NCBI GenBank assembly: GCA_030390025.1
Contig: JASTWF010000036.1
Span: forward strand, 1,054,001-1,118,000
Length of the DNA: 64,000 bases
Direction of reading: 5' to 3'
From: Squalus acanthias
Lineage: Eukaryota
Position numbers and translations under genes: made by a program. The notes beneath the pieces were generated by a model. That model made no database searches, had not been told where the DNA came from, and was given only the letters and a program-made list of their open reading frames with translations. Shown in pieces: positions 11,290-24,520 of this stretch (position 1 is its first letter; the number at the start of each line of letters is the position of its first letter).

Positions 11290-11682
11290 GAGTGTTTCAT
11301 ATACAATGGATTACTTTGAACATGCAGTGATTGTTACGTAGGCAAACAAAGCTGCTGTTTTTCCACACAGCAAGATCCCACAAACAGCAATGAGAAAAAT
11401 GACCGCTTAATCTGTGTTTTGGTGATGTTGGTTGAGCGAGGAACGTTGGCCGGGACGATTGGAGGACTTCGAATAGTGCCACGAGATCTTGTACTTGCAC
11501 CAGAACAGCCAGACAGAACCTCGGTTTAACGTCTAATCTGAAGGGCGGCACCTCCGACAGTGCAGTGCTCCCTCAGTAACAAACTGGAGTGTCAGCCTAG
11601 ATTATGTGCTCAGGTCCCGGAGCGGGGCTTCAACCCACGACCTTCTGACTCGGAGATGAAAATGCTCCCGAGCCGAGCTGAC
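11290..11682 (-). mobile_element. Deu-domain tRNA SINE
   Basis: Reverse-complement similarity to 7276-7710. Confidence 0.85.
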
Positions 11683-11981
11683 ACCACCTTGGAGAACATT
11701 GGAAGGATAGTCCCCCTGGCTGCTTCCACTCTGGCTGGTTGGCTGCACCTCTGACATTGGAGACAGTCTGGGAACATTGGGAAGTGGGAGGGTGGAATTT
11801 AAAAAAAACAGGAGGACTAATTCTCTGGTTGAGCACTCTTGGGGAGTGCTGGTTGGGAAATGGTGGATTTTTCTCCCCTCATTCATTCAAATTAGTGGTC
11901 AGACAAATCAAGCACTGCAGGCCCATGGTTCCTTGCCCAGTACTCCTTGCGAGAGACACCCCAAGCTGGGAATGCCAAATC

Positions 11982-12046
11982 GGGGGGGGGGGGGGGGGGG
12001 GTGGGGGGGCGGCGGGGGGGGGTGGGGGGCGGCGGGGTGGGGGCGG
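11982..12046 (+). repeat. Poly-G / G-run tract with G-quadruplex potential
   Basis: Multiple runs of 4 to 20 G separated by 1-4 nt. Confidence 0.8.
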
Positions 12047-12966
12047 CCTGAATGTATGCCAAGCAGAGGTTTGACTATTGAAGCAACCATTTTGTTCGCA
12101 GTCAAGAGTTAAATGAAATGACTCTGTTGAATAATTAGGTAATTTAGTATTGGGGCTTATCTAAACTTGGCTGAATTGGCCAGATGCTACTAATTGTATC
12201 GTGCTTGGTTAGAGAAGGCCAGATATGTGCTTGGGCTCCCAGCACATTGCTTGTGTTCCTACTTGAGAGATGTAGAGAGTCACAGTGAAAAACTTTTGTT
12301 CCCAATGTATCTGTGAGGCCAACCTCCCATTGATAAGCAGCTTACAGCCCAACTGCATTCTTTATCTCTCTCTTGGCATGTGAGATTGTGTGCAGTCACC
12401 ACAGTGTTGCATTCTTCCATTTTAAATTACTTTCTCGCTGTTCCTTGCTCTCTATGCAGTCTGAATTTAAAACCCTTTCAAGAAGCACTGTGTTCTGTGA
12501 CGTCCTCACCATATATTCGCTTGTGGTATGCTTTCCTCCACTCACTTGGCAGAAAGTCAGCTGCAGCACAGCGCAAGTTTCTCCACTTTAAATTAAACCG
12601 ATTTTTTTTGGGAAAAAAGTTAGCAAATGGAGAACGTTAGCAAATGGAGGAACCTATGAACAATCTACATGTGCGTTGTTCATTTTTAAAGATGATCCAC
12701 TTGCATCTGATTAATTTGCCAGAAGGAGAGATGCATTCACCTTAATCCTACATTTCTGAGGGGTGATATCAATCTGTTTGCAGGTCTCTCTGTCCCTTGT
12801 TCCCCAGTGCTTTTTATACATAAATTGTGAGTGAGAGTCTGGTTGAAAGCGAATGTGTTGGGTAGATTCCTCTGGGAGGGTCAGTACCTTTGAAATCATG
12901 ATGAGGGTGTACTACCCACAGCCCAGTTCATGGTATTGCCACAACAGGGTAGATTTGAAACACATA

Positions 12967-13131
12967 AGGGGTGAAATTGGTCTTGGGTGATGGCCCAAAA
13001 TGGGCGATAGCGAATCGGCAGCTCTTTACACCCTGCCCAATTTATCTTTTCCATTGAAGTCAATCGGGCAGGGTTTAAAACGGGCCGATTCACCTGTTTT
13101 GCGCTATCGCCCATGACTAACTTTACCCCCC
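12967..13131. mobile_element. Short palindromic MITE-like element
   Basis: ggggtgaaattggtc ... gactaactttacccc; central ccattgaagtcaat; internal inverted repeat atgggcgatagcg / cgctatcgcccat. Confidence 0.65.
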
Positions 13132-13234
13132 GCTCCCAATGTCTGCTTCCCAGTCTTGTTTTATTGAGCAACCTTGGCGATCGGCCGAGTCCCATTTATT
13201 GGACATCACCAATATAGGAGAGAGGATGAGGTAA

Positions 13235-14213
13235 ATTACATAGGATATACGGCACAGAAACAGGCCATTCGGCCCAACCAGTCCATGCCGGCGTTTATGC
13301 TCCACTCGAGCCTCCTCCCGTCTTTCCTCATCTAAATCTATCAGCATAACCCTCTATTCCCTTCTCCCTCATATGCTTATATAGCCTCCCCTTAAATGCA
13401 TCTGTACTATTCGCTTCAACCACTCCCTGTGGTAGCAAGTTCCACATTCTCACCACTCTCTGGAGAAAGAAGTTTCTCCTGAATTCCCCATTGGATTTCT
13501 TGGTGACTATCTTGTATTGATGGCCTCTAGTTATGCTCTTCCCCACAAGTGGAAACATTCTCTGTATCCACTCTATCAAAACCTTTCATGATTTTAAAGA
13601 CCTCTATTAGGTCACCCCTCAGCCTTCTCTTTTCAAGAGAAAAGAGACCCAGCCTGTTCATCCTTTCCTGATAGGTATACCCTCGCATTTCTGGTATCAT
13701 CCTTGTAAATCTTCTCTGCACCCTCTCCAGTGCCTCTATATCCTTTTTATAATATGGCGACCAGAACTGTACGCAGTACTCCAAGTGTGGTCGAAGCAAG
13801 GTTCAATACAAGTTTAGCATAACTTCACTACTTTTCAATGCTATCCCTCTAGAAATAAACCCTAGTGCCTGGTTTGCTTTTTTTATGGCCTTGTTAACCT
13901 GTGTCGATACTTTCAGTGATTTGTGTATTTGTACTCCGAGATCCCTTTGCTCTTCTACCCCATTTAGATTTTTATTTTCCAAGTAATATGTGACCTCTCT
14001 ATTTTTCTTACCAAGATGTAGTACCTCACATTTATCTGCGTTGAATTTCATTTGCCAATTATATGCCCATTCTGCAAGTTTATTAATGTCCTCCTGTAAT
14101 TTGTTGCAGTCCTCCTCAGTATTGACTATCCCCCCCAACTTGGTGTTGTCTGCAAATTAGAAATTGTGTTTTTGATTCCAAAGTCTAAATCGTTAATGTA
14201 AATTGTGAACAAC
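13235..14213 (-). mobile_element. CR1 LINE 3' fragment with frameshifts
   Basis: ORFs 13803-14138, 13527-13799 and 13328-13579 are successive ORF2 C-terminal segments. Confidence 0.92.
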
Positions 14214-15159
14214 AGGAAAATCAGAACGTCATGGTTCAGTGACGCCAAACTTGGGTTTTGAAAGCCTGGAGATTGTAGAAGAAAGGGAAGGCCAAGGGGG
14301 TCCACATTTTGGAGTTGCTGGAAGGGCCTGAGATAAAGCAGAAGGTGTGTTCAGCCAGGATTCCGACAGCAAGGATGCAGGGAAGGAAAAGAACGGTGAA
14401 TTGGGAGCTAGGAAGGAACGAGAGAGGAAAATTCAGTTGCTTTCAGCCAGCTGTTTGAATGCACAAAACAGGAGAACGGAAGGACATACCCGGGCAGTAG
14501 GTATACAGACACCTCCCGGCACAACATTCAGAATTCAGTGGTGACTTGCAAGTAGCACTTGCCCTTTAGGTGACAGGTTTTGACCAAGAAAGAATGTCAA
14601 TTGGAGCATTTATAAGTTTCACACATGAAATGCAAAATATACCCAGATCTTGCATCTCTCTAAGGCTGCCATCGCGACTGCTACATGGGTGTGTTGAGTG
14701 CATTGACCCTAATTAGATAAATCACTAGAAGACAATACTGGCTGTGTGAAGTGACAAATGTGATTTGTGTTGAAAGACCAGCTGTTAAGTAGTTGAACAC
14801 TGTTGCAGTGAATAGCTGATAAATGAGCAACAATATAAGAACAGGCCAGGTTAATATTTTTTCACATTTCTCTAAATTAAATCCTTCACCTTGGAGTAAA
14901 CCTTGTACCAAATGATTTTCTTTGGATGAGCGCATTTTAGTTCTTTTCTTGAAATTTCAATTTTTAAATGTGCTGTCAAGTGGGCTCGTTCTAATGACGT
15001 GACGTCAATCGAAACTATCCGGTTAAATGAGGTGTTACCTCTTCAGCTAGTACGGTGTTCAGTTGTCTCCTACTGTCTCAAAATGATTTCTGATGGATAG
15101 GGAAAGATATAGCTCGGGAAACCTACCTATTAAAACGGTTCCCTTCAACACACATTTGA

Positions 15160-15315
15160 TGGATCAGTTGGTAAAGCACGGCTTACCATGGAACTGATCT
15201 CCTGTTTGTTGCAGAGTTAACTGTCCTGTCAGAATGGCAGCGGAGGTGATGTAGTTGAACTTAGGGCGAGGGAGGGGAAAATCGTCCGTGGTTCTTGATC
15301 CCGATCCAGTGACCT
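15160..15315 (+). mobile_element. Old SINE, AmnSINE2-like (degenerate)
   Basis: gagttaactg..agggaggggaaaatc..gatccagtgacc shared with 62690-63050 and 44850-45115. Confidence 0.45.
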
Positions 15316-15340
15316 TTTTTTGGGAGTGGGTGTTTTTGTA

Positions 15341-15705
15341 CTACAACATGCATTTATATAGCGCCTTTAACGTAGTAAAACATCTCCAGCTGCTTCACAG
15401 GAGTGTAATCAGACAAAATTTGACACCGAGCCACATAAGGAGATATTCGGACAGGTGACCAAAAGCTTGGTCAAAGAGGGAGGTTTTAAGCAGCGTCTTA
15501 AAGGAGGAGAAAGAGGTAGCGAGGCGGAGAGGGTTGGGGAGGGAATTCCAGAGCTTCGGGCCTATGGCTGAACGCACGGCCGTCAATGATGGGATGAAGG
15601 AAGTTGATAGAATGCACAAGAGGCCAGACTTGGAGGAACGCAGAGATCTCGGAGGGTTGTTGGGCTTGAGAAGGTTACAGAGATATGATGAGGCGAGGCC
15701 ATGGG
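15341..15705 (-). mobile_element. L2 LINE 3' fragment
   Basis: GPKLWNSLP..FKTLLKT.LFDQAF; similar to 3430-4103. Confidence 0.85.
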
Positions 15706-15786
15706 GTGTACTGGGTGAGGACAGAATTGTGATTGACTCCGGTTACACTTGGGTGGTCATTTTGTTTGCTAACGCTTGCTGTTCAG

Positions 15787-16018
15787 GCTCTTGCTTGAAG
15801 AATGGCTAACTGGGCGGAGTATGCTGGATGTCTGTGAAAATGCACTCCAGAAAGAAGTCGGTGCCTTCAGTAGAGGAGGAGCGAGAATATGGGGGAGGTG
15901 TTCGATTCCTTCCCAAGGAGTCACATATTGTCTCCACGTACAGTTGCATGACCTGTGTGCAAAACAAGAACCTCACCATCGATTCCAGAAGCTGTCACAC
16001 GTGTCAGTCTATCCAACT
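15787..16018 (+). CDS. Candidate host-gene exon (232 nt), product unknown; the frame from ATG 15828 gives MSVKMHSRKK...YSCMTC...SCHTCQSIQ
   Basis: Non-repeat sequence; branch-like CTAAC at 15769, acceptor tgttcag ending 15786, donor GTAAGT at 16019; one frame open throughout and a second open from ATG 15828; two CxxC pairs. Confidence 0.35.
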
Positions 16019-16543
16019 GTAAGTCATTTTGCACGAAGGAGGAGAAACACATTCCCAAAAAGGCAGTCTAGCAGTAGTGGGCTGCGAATCGTTTTACCCC
16101 ACCTCCTCTCTGTAAATGAAACCATTTTATCAGTTCTTTTCCTCCGAAGGCACTAAAGCAATCAATGCATTCCATTTTTTGTGTATTTTCAATGTGATGC
16201 AAAAGCATTGGGGTGAAAAAGCGTGTTATTGGTGCACAAATGCTTAATACATTCATGTACAATTCCTTGTCTACTCTCTGACAGTGGTGTTAACCTGTTT
16301 TAGTTCCAATTGTGTGATCTCACCATACATGTACCAAGAGTGCTTTTGTGATTAAAAGGAGAGATAATGTACAGGCCCTTGTGACGTGAAAACCTGCCTC
16401 AGTCTCTTCCAGTGTCAAGAATGTGGCATCGGTCAAGTTCGAGTTAATCTGTGGGTTTGAACAGCCCTCGGGTCATCAGTCCAGCTACAGTTTGATGTAC
16501 GTGGTTGCGATGCTGGTCTTCCGAATGGCCCTTCCAATCTTTT

Positions 16544-17100
16544 GGCTGGAGTACTGCGTACAGTTTTGGTCTCCTTATTTAAGGAAGGATATACTTGCAT
16601 TGGAGGCAGTTCAGAGAAGGTTCACGAGGTTGATTGCTGAGATGAAGGGGTTGTCTTATGAAGAATGTTGAGCAGGTTGGGCCTATACTCATTGGAGTTT
16701 AGAAGAATGAGGGGATCTTATTGAAACATATAAGATTCTGAGGGGGCTTGACAGGGTAGATGCAGAGAGGATGTTTCCCCTCGTGGGGGAATCTAGAACT
16801 AGGGGGCATAATTTCAGAATAAGGGGTCGCCCTTTTAAAAAGGAAATGAGGAGGAATTTCTTCTCTGAGGGTCGTGAATCTTTGGAATTCTCTTCCCCAG
16901 AGAGCTGGGGAGGCTGGGTCATTGAATATATTCAAGTTGGAGATAGACAGATTTTTGAACGGTAAGGGAGTGAAGGGTTATGGGGAGCGGGCAGGGAAGT
17001 GGAGTTGAGGCCAAGATCAGATCAGCCATGATCTTATTGAATGGCAGAGCAGGCTCGAGGGGCTGAATGGCCGACTCCTGCTCCTCCGTCTTATGTTCCT
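16544..17100 (+). mobile_element. CR1 LINE 3' fragment
   Basis: LEYCVQFWSPYLRKDILALE; ESRTRGH; CR1 tail gatcagccatgatcttattgaatgg. Confidence 0.9.
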
Positions 17101-17109
17101 TTTAAAAAA

Positions 17110-17530
17110 GTTAATTCTCGGGATATGGGTGTTGCTGGCAAGGCCAGCATTTATTGTCCATCCCTAATTGCCCTTGAGAAGGCGGTGGTGAGCCGCCTTC
17201 TTGAACCGCTGCAGTCCGTGTGGTGAAGGTACTCCCACAGTGCTGTTCGGGAGGGAGTTCCAGGATTTTGACCCAGCGACGATGAAGGAACGGCGATATA
17301 TTTCTAAGTCAGGATGGTGTGTGATTTGGAGGGGAACTTGGAGGTGGTGGTGTTCCCATGCGCCTGCTGCCCTTGTCCCTTCTAGGTGGAAGAGGTCGCG
17401 GGTTTGGGAGGTGCTGCTGAAGAAGCCTTGGCGAGTTGCTGCAGTGCATCTTGTAGATGGTACACACTGCAGCCACGGTGCGCCGGTGGTGGAGGGAGTG
17501 AATGTTTAAGGTGGTGGATGGGGTGCCGAT
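17110..17530 (-). mobile_element. Crack/L2-group LINE 3' fragment
   Basis: IGTPSTTLNIHSLHHRRTVAAVCTIYKMH; near-identical to part of 9455-10302. Confidence 0.88.
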
Positions 17531-17954
17531 CATTCGCCTTCAGGCACTAATGTGAAAGGGAAAAGGTCGGTGAGGTTTGAGTCTTTGTACTTCTCGCGTT
17601 AGTGACTGGAGAGAAATATATCCATTGAAGTGCTGATGAACTTGCTGATATAACCTTTGGGTAATAATAAAGAGAAAGAAAAGCATAAAATGGAGTCTGT
17701 GGGCAGCACTGCACACAGCCCCCGGTTTGAAGGCTGACCAAAGGGTTTTGTGAGCACGAGCTATACACAGTTGGTACATCAAAGGGATCTCTTTGAGATC
17801 CCACTTTAATTTTCTCTTGGTCCTCTGATGGGAAAACAATTGAAATGAATCCCAAAACCTGTGGCACCAGTGATTCCATTTCGCTTCACCTAAACAAAAC
17901 CGAGAAGGAAAGCTCTCCGATAAGGACTTGATCATTTTATCGAACTTTTTTTTT

Positions 17955-20572
17955 TAGAGTCACAGAGTTATACAGCACAGAAAGAGGCCCTTCGGCCCAT
18001 CGTGTCCGCGCCGGCCCTCAAGCCCTATCTATTCTAATCCCATTTTCCAGCACTTGGTCCGTAGCCTTGTATGCTATGGCGTTTCAAGTGCTCATCTAAA
18101 TGCTTCTTGAATGTTGTGAGGGTTCCTACCTCTACCACCCTTTCAGACAGTGAGTTCCAGATTCCAACCACCCTCTGGGTGAAAAAGTTTTTCCTCAAAT
18201 CCCCTCTAAACCTCCTGCCCCTTACCTTGAAACTATGCCCCCTGGTTATTGACCCCTCCACTGAGGGTAAAAGTTCCTTTCTATCTACCCTATCTATGCC
18301 CCTCATAATTTTGTGCCCCTCATAATTTTGTACACCTCAATCAGGTCCCCCTTCAGCCTTCTCTGCTCTAAGGAAAACAACCCCAGCCTGTCCAGTCTCT
18401 CTTCATAGCTGAAACGCTCCAGGCCAGGTAACATCCTGGTGAATCTCCTCTGCACCCTCTCTAATGCAATCACATCCTTCCTATAGTGTGGCGACCAGAA
18501 CTGCACACAGTATTCCAGCTGTGGCCTAACTAGCGTTTTGTACAGCTCCATCATAACCTCCCTGCTCTTATATTCTATGCCTCGGCTAATGAAGGCAAGT
18601 ATCCCATATGTCTTCTTAACCATCTTATCTACCTGTCCTGCTGCCTTCAGGGATCTATGTACATGCACACCAAGGTCCCTCTGATCCTCTGTCCTTCTTA
18701 GGGTCCTACCATTCATTGTGTATTCCCTTGCTTTGTTAGTCCTCCCAAAATGCATCACCTCACACTTTTCAGGGTTAAATTCCATTTGCCACTATTCTGC
18801 CCATCTGACCAACCCATCTATATCGTCCTGTAGCCTGAGGCTTCCCTCCTCGCTATTTACCACTCCACCAATTTTCGTGTCATCTGCGAACTTACTGATC
18901 ATACCTCCTACATTCATATCTAAATCATTAATGTACACTACAAACAGCAAGGGACCCAGCACCGATCCCTGCGGTACACCACTGGACACAGGCTTCCAGT
19001 CACAAAAACAACCTTCAACCATCACCCTCTGCCTCCTGCCACTAAGCCAATTTTGGATCCAATGTGCCACATTGCCCTGGATCCCATGGGCTCTTACGTT
19101 CTTGACCAGTCTCCCATGCGGGACTTTGTCAAAAGCCTTACTGAAGTCCATGTAGACTACATCAACTGCACTACCCTCATCCACACACCTAGTCACCCCC
19201 TCGCAAAATTCAATCAAATTGGTTAGATATGATCTCCCCCTGACAAAGCCATGCTGACTATCCTTGATTAATCCTTGCCTCTCCAAGTGGAGACTAATTC
19301 TGTCCCTCAGAATTTTTTCCAATAATTTCCCTACCACTGATGTTAGGCTCACTGGCCTGTAATTCCCTGGTTTATCCCTACTATCCTTCTTGAATAATGG
19401 TACTACGTTAGCTGTCCTCAAGTCCTCTGGCACCTCCCCTGTGGCCAAAGAGGTTCTGAAAATTTGTGTCAGAGCCCCTGCAATCTCCCCCCTTGCCTCA
19501 CACAGCAGCCTGGGATACATCTCGTCTGGGCCTGGGGATTTATCCACTTTTAAGCCCGCTAAAATCGCTAGTACCTCCTCCCTCTCAGTGCTAATTTGTT
19601 CAAGTATATCACAATCCCCCTGCCTGATTTCTATGCCTACATCGTCCTTCTCCATAGTGAACACAGATGCAAAATATTCATTTAAAACCTCACCTACATC
19701 TTCTGGCTCTACACACAGATTGCCACTTTGGTCCCTAATGGGCCCTACTCTTTCCCTGGTTATCCTCTTGCCCTTAATATACTTATAAAACACCTTGGGA
19801 TTTTCCTTTATTTTGCCCGCCAGTGTTTTTTCATGCCCCCTCTTCGCTCTCCTAATTTCTTTAAGTACCCCCCTGCACTTTCTATACTCCTCTAGGGCTT
19901 CCACTGTTTTTAGTCCTTTGTATCTGCCAAAAGCCTCCCTTTTTTTCCTAATCCATTCTTGTATATCCCTTGACATCCAGGGTTCCCTGGACTTGTTGGT
20001 CCCACCGTTGACCTTTACGGGAACATGTTGGCACTGTACTCTCTCTATTTCCTTTCTGAATGACTCCCACTGCTCTGATGTGGATTTTCCTACAAGTAGC
20101 TGATCCCAGTCCACTTTGGCCAGATCCTGCCTTATCATATTAAAATCGGCCTGCCCCCAATTTAGAACCTTTATTTCCGGTCCATCTTTGTCCTTTTCCA
20201 TGACTACCTTAAATCTCACTGAATTATGGTCACTGTCACCAAAATGCTCTCCTACTGACACTTCTACCACTTGCCCTGGCTACATTCCCTAGAATTAGGT
20301 CCAGTACCGCCCCCTCTCTTGTAGGACTTTCTACATGCTGGCTCAAAAAGCTCTCCTGGATGCACTTTAAGAATTCCACACCCTCTAAGCCTTTCACACT
20401 CTGACTATCCCAGTTAATATTGGGGAAGTTGAAATCCCCTACTATTATTACCCTATTATTTCTACACTTCTCTGAGATTTGCCTACATATCTGTTCTTCT
20501 ATCTCCCCCTGACTGTTTGGGGGCCTATAGTACACTCCCAGCAAAGTGCTTGCCCCCTTCTTGTTTTTAAGT
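17955..20572 (-). mobile_element. CR1 LINE, 2.6 kb, APE C-terminus plus RT, with frameshifts and a stop
   Basis: GVYYRPP, IVGDFNFP, GDSDHN (APE); MDFSKAFDKVPH, GVPQGSVLGP, FADDTK; 17-bp tandem duplication tgcccctcataattttg at ~18297-18330. Confidence 0.95.
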
Positions 20573-21509
20573 TTTGTGTTGAGAGTCGTCTCCTCTGCCT
20601 GGCCGATCTCCAGCGGAGTTGGTAATGGTTGTGCTCGTGGTTATATTTTTTTTCTCGTTTCAGCCAAGACTGATTGCTGCGGCTCGCATCAGGGACGTGG
20701 GAAAGGATTAACTTTAACTGCATGCAAAATATTGATCTTGTACAGCCGATAGGAATCCATGCTTGACTTCCCTGCCCCCAAGACACTAGCTTCTGCAGGA
20801 AGGCGTGATTGCCTGACACCTCCTGAAAGGGGCTCCATGCACCACATCCAGAGGAGCAAACGCCGCATGTAATATGAGTGCAATCGATACCAGCCGGTTT
20901 ACTTGATCCTTGTCAAGTGATTTAAAGCCTGAAAATTACACGAAATGTGAACTGCATTGAGGGAGGTGGAGTCTAAGCACCCGAGCGCATTTTACCACCG
21001 TCTAAATTTCACCTCCCTGATGGTTCAGCACACATGTCTGTATCCGCCCAACACTTGTTAACGAACGGAGGGGGCCTACTGAATTACAGCTCCGTTGTCG
21101 CTGGCCCCTCATTAAAGATGCCCGCTGCTCGTGTGTCACGTTGGCGGTCGGGGCTGGCGGGCTGTTTGACTGCAGGGAGCCTCACAGCTGAGCCCAGTCC
21201 TGCCCAGCGTTCACCCGCAGCCCCCCCACCCCCACCCACCCCTTGCAAGGGTCGTTAGGATTGCACATCCTTTCTGAGATGTACGTTTTGCCCGTGTCTG
21301 TCGGCAAGGCAGGGGCAGTTCTTGGTGGTAACTGTCATCTGTGTCATTGCTGCAAAGAGCAACAGGTATTCCTCGGTGGTGACAGCTGGACATGTAGATT
21401 GTAGGTTATTACATCCTTTGTCGGTGTCTCGTGCTTCTAGAATTTCAGTGGCTTCAACATCAAGGGAAGCAAAGACCACAGGACATTTTAGAATTTTTAA
21501 ATGGTCCAT

Positions 21510-21686
21510 TCCTTTCTTTCTCTCTCTCTCTCTCTGTCCATCTGTCTCTCTTTCTCTCTCTCTTTTTCTCTTTCTTTTTCTCTCTCTTTCTTTCTCTCTC
21601 TCTCTGTCCATCTGTCTCTGTCTCTCTGTCTCTCTGTTTCTCTGTCTCTCTGTCTCTCTTTCTCTGTGTCTCTCTCTCTGTCTCTT

Positions 21687-21724
<38 letters not shown>

Positions 21725-21748
21725 TCTGTCTCTCTCTGTCTCTCTGTC

Positions 21749-21779
<31 letters not shown>

Positions 21780-21820
21780 GTCTCTCTCTCTGTCTCTCTC
21801 TCTCTCTGTCTCTGTCTCTG

Positions 21821-21851
<31 letters not shown>

Positions 21852-21880
21852 GTCTGTCTCTCTGTCTCTCTCTCTCTCTG

Positions 21881-21911
<31 letters not shown>

Positions 21912-21938
21912 GTCTCTCTCTCTCTCTCTGTCTGTCTC

Positions 21939-21971
<33 letters not shown>

Positions 21972-22167
21972 TTTTCTCTTTCTCTCTGTCTCTTTCTCCT
22001 GTGTGTGTCTCTCTCTCTCTGTCTCTCTCTCTGTCTCTCTCTCTCTGTCTCTCTCTCTCTCTCTGTCTGTCTCTCTCTCTCTCTGTCTCTCTCTCTCTCT
22101 GTCTCTCTCTCTCTCTTTCTCGCTCTCTCTCTCTGTCTGTCTGTCTCTTTCTCTTTCTTTTTCTCTC
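21510..22167. repeat. Long compound (TC)n/(TCTG)n microsatellite, ~650 bp
   Basis: Directly visible; almost no A on the + strand. Confidence 0.97.
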
Positions 22168-23519
22168 CAAAAGCAAGGTGGGCTGGACAGGAGCCAAATG
22201 CCCTTCGGGACCTTGCATTGGCTGAGTGCGTTTATATCTGTATTATGGCACAATGACTAAAGCCCTAACTTTTTTTCTCTCGATGCTGCGCTGGCTGTGT
22301 CCAGCCTTGCTGAGGGGGGCGGATGGGGTGGGTACAGGGTGGCGGGAGGGCTCGTGAAATTGGCCGTGCAGACGAGCGTGACCGAATGCAGCGTGTTGCA
22401 ATTTGCAGCAAAGAGGCAGTGACTACGTTTCGAAAGCACTTCATTCACATCCTGAGGACCTGAAAGGCGCTATCGAAATGCGGTAGAAGTTCTGTTCTTG
22501 TCACTGCCACCCTGCTGACATCGCTGCCCAGTTGAAACGGGTGCAGCAGTGTGTGAGAGTTGCCCTGCGTTACCTCCATCTGAATTTTCATTGGTGCATT
22601 CAGAGTTTGACCTTTGGCCTTGGAAGGCATTTATTTACAACTGTCTTGCTTCACAATCTGTCAGTCAGCTGTCCACAGGCCCACCAAGCAAGTGACAGAG
22701 GTCTTTGCGAGGACAACGTGTTCATCTTTTCCCTGTTGAAAGAAGGCATCAGCTTGAAGATGAACTCCCAGTGGGTGCCAGGGTTCCAAGAGGGCTGCGA
22801 ATTATTGACACTTCAGCCTGGCACTGCCACCTGTGTTGTCCTCTGGGAAAGGTGCTCCGGAATGCCAAACAAGGCATCCTTCCTTGCAGCCACCGTGGGC
22901 AGCCATGTGCCCACTTTGCCAGCCTTCAAACCAGGGGTTGTGAGCTGTGCTGCCCACAGACTCCATTTTGTGCCTGCAGAGTACCTTTCCATTGCCTTCA
23001 TTGTGACCTGGTATGCTTTTGCCCCTCCCCCACTCCACTTTGGTAAAGGCTGTTTTGAGCCTTTATAAAGACTGGGAAAAAATTGTCCCCATATGCAGCA
23101 GCATGTCTGTTTTTAAGGCTTTCCCCTCAGTTCATGTGGCCAAATTGCGAGCCTTTTTGGATCTGCATCAGTATTCTTTAAACCTGATTGGCAAGTTGCT
23201 TCTACGGTTGTCAGAGCAACATTGAAGTGCTCTTCCTCCCCTCCCCCTCAGTTTAATGCTGGGTTCCACCGCAGCCAAGCCCAATGCTGCCCTTAGCTGA
23301 TGAGGGCGCCTGAGACTTAAAAAAAAAATCCCCTCTCAGAATATTTGGAATTAAATTGTAACTGACAGTAGGAAAGAACGTAGCAGCCATCATTGTCCCA
23401 GATGATTAAGTAAAAGTGGTTGATGAGGCTTGGTCCTGCTTGTTAAAGGTTAGGCCTTCTCAACAATTCTGTTCTGTGCTTGTAGTTAGTTTTCATCAGT
23501 AGCCCAATTTTTTTTTAAT

Positions 23520-23936
23520 TATTCATTCGCAGGAGGTGGACATTGCCAGCAAGGCCAGCATTTATTGCCCATCCCTAATTGCCCTCAAGAAGGTGGTGGT
23601 GAGCCGCCTTCTTGAATAAGTGGCTTGCTAGGCCATTTCAGAGGGCAGATTAAGAGTCAACCACCTTGCTATGGGTCTGGAGTCACATCCAGGCCAGACC
23701 GGGTAAGGACAGCAGATTTCCTTCCCTAAAGGGGAGTGAACCAGCTGGGTTTTTTGGACAATCCAGTAGTATTCATGATCACCATTATTGATGCTAGTTT
23801 TTCTATTCCAGATTTATGTTAATTGATTAAAATTTCCCAGCTGCTATGGTGGGGTTTGAACTCATGTCCCCCCCGATTATTCATTCAGGCCTCTGGATTA
23901 CTAATCCAGTAACATAACCATTACGCTACCATACCC
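23520..23936 (-). mobile_element. tRNA-derived SINE with Meta/MESC-like core and a tail shared with the Crack-like LINE
   Basis: Reverse strand: head ggtagcgtaatggttatgttactgg..gagttcaaacccc; core agggaaggaaatctgc..gtgactccagaccc..tggttgactctt; tail ttcaagaaggcggctcaccaccacc..gggcaataaatgctggcc. Confidence 0.8.
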
Positions 23937-24227
23937 CTATTCTCCTATGAACCAAAACCTCTGCTGCTGTCTCCTTCACAAGAAGGTAAAGAGCACACTG
24001 TCTGATCATTACCTTCAGGCTAAAACTAATGATCAGATTTACTTGTACGTTGAGTGATACCAGTATCAGTAAGACACAGCAAGTTACTGAAAGTGCACAT
24101 TTCAAACAATAGTGATGGTCAGTTCATGAAATAGTAAAACACATTGTACAGAATGTATTTCTTACAGTTTAAACAGTGTAGAAAAACAGTATTTTGCCAT
24201 CCTTCATACTGTGATTTTTTTTTTTTT

Positions 24228-24520
24228 ATTATTCATTCATGGGATGTGGGCGTCACTGGCAAGGCCGGCATTTATTACCCATCCCTCGTTGTCCTTGAGA
24301 AGGTGGTGGTGAGCCGCCTTCTTGAACCGCTGCAGTCCGTGTGGTGAAGGTGCTCCCACAGCGCTGTTAGGGAGGGAGTTCCAGGATTTTGATCCAGCGA
24401 CGATGAAGGAACGGCGATGTACTTCTAAGTCAGGATGGCGTGTGACTTGGAGGGGAACTTGGAGGTGGTGGTGTTCCCATGCGCCCGCTGCCCTTGTCCT
24501 TCTAGGTGGCAGAGGTCGGG
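24228..24520 (-). mobile_element. Crack/L2-group LINE 3' fragment
   Basis: Matches 9470-9760. Confidence 0.85.

Noticed and set aside
21255..22260. Five 250-330 aa ORFs (ER-rich and SL-rich)
   Set aside because: They are translations of the TC microsatellite, which lacks stop codons; no coding evidence
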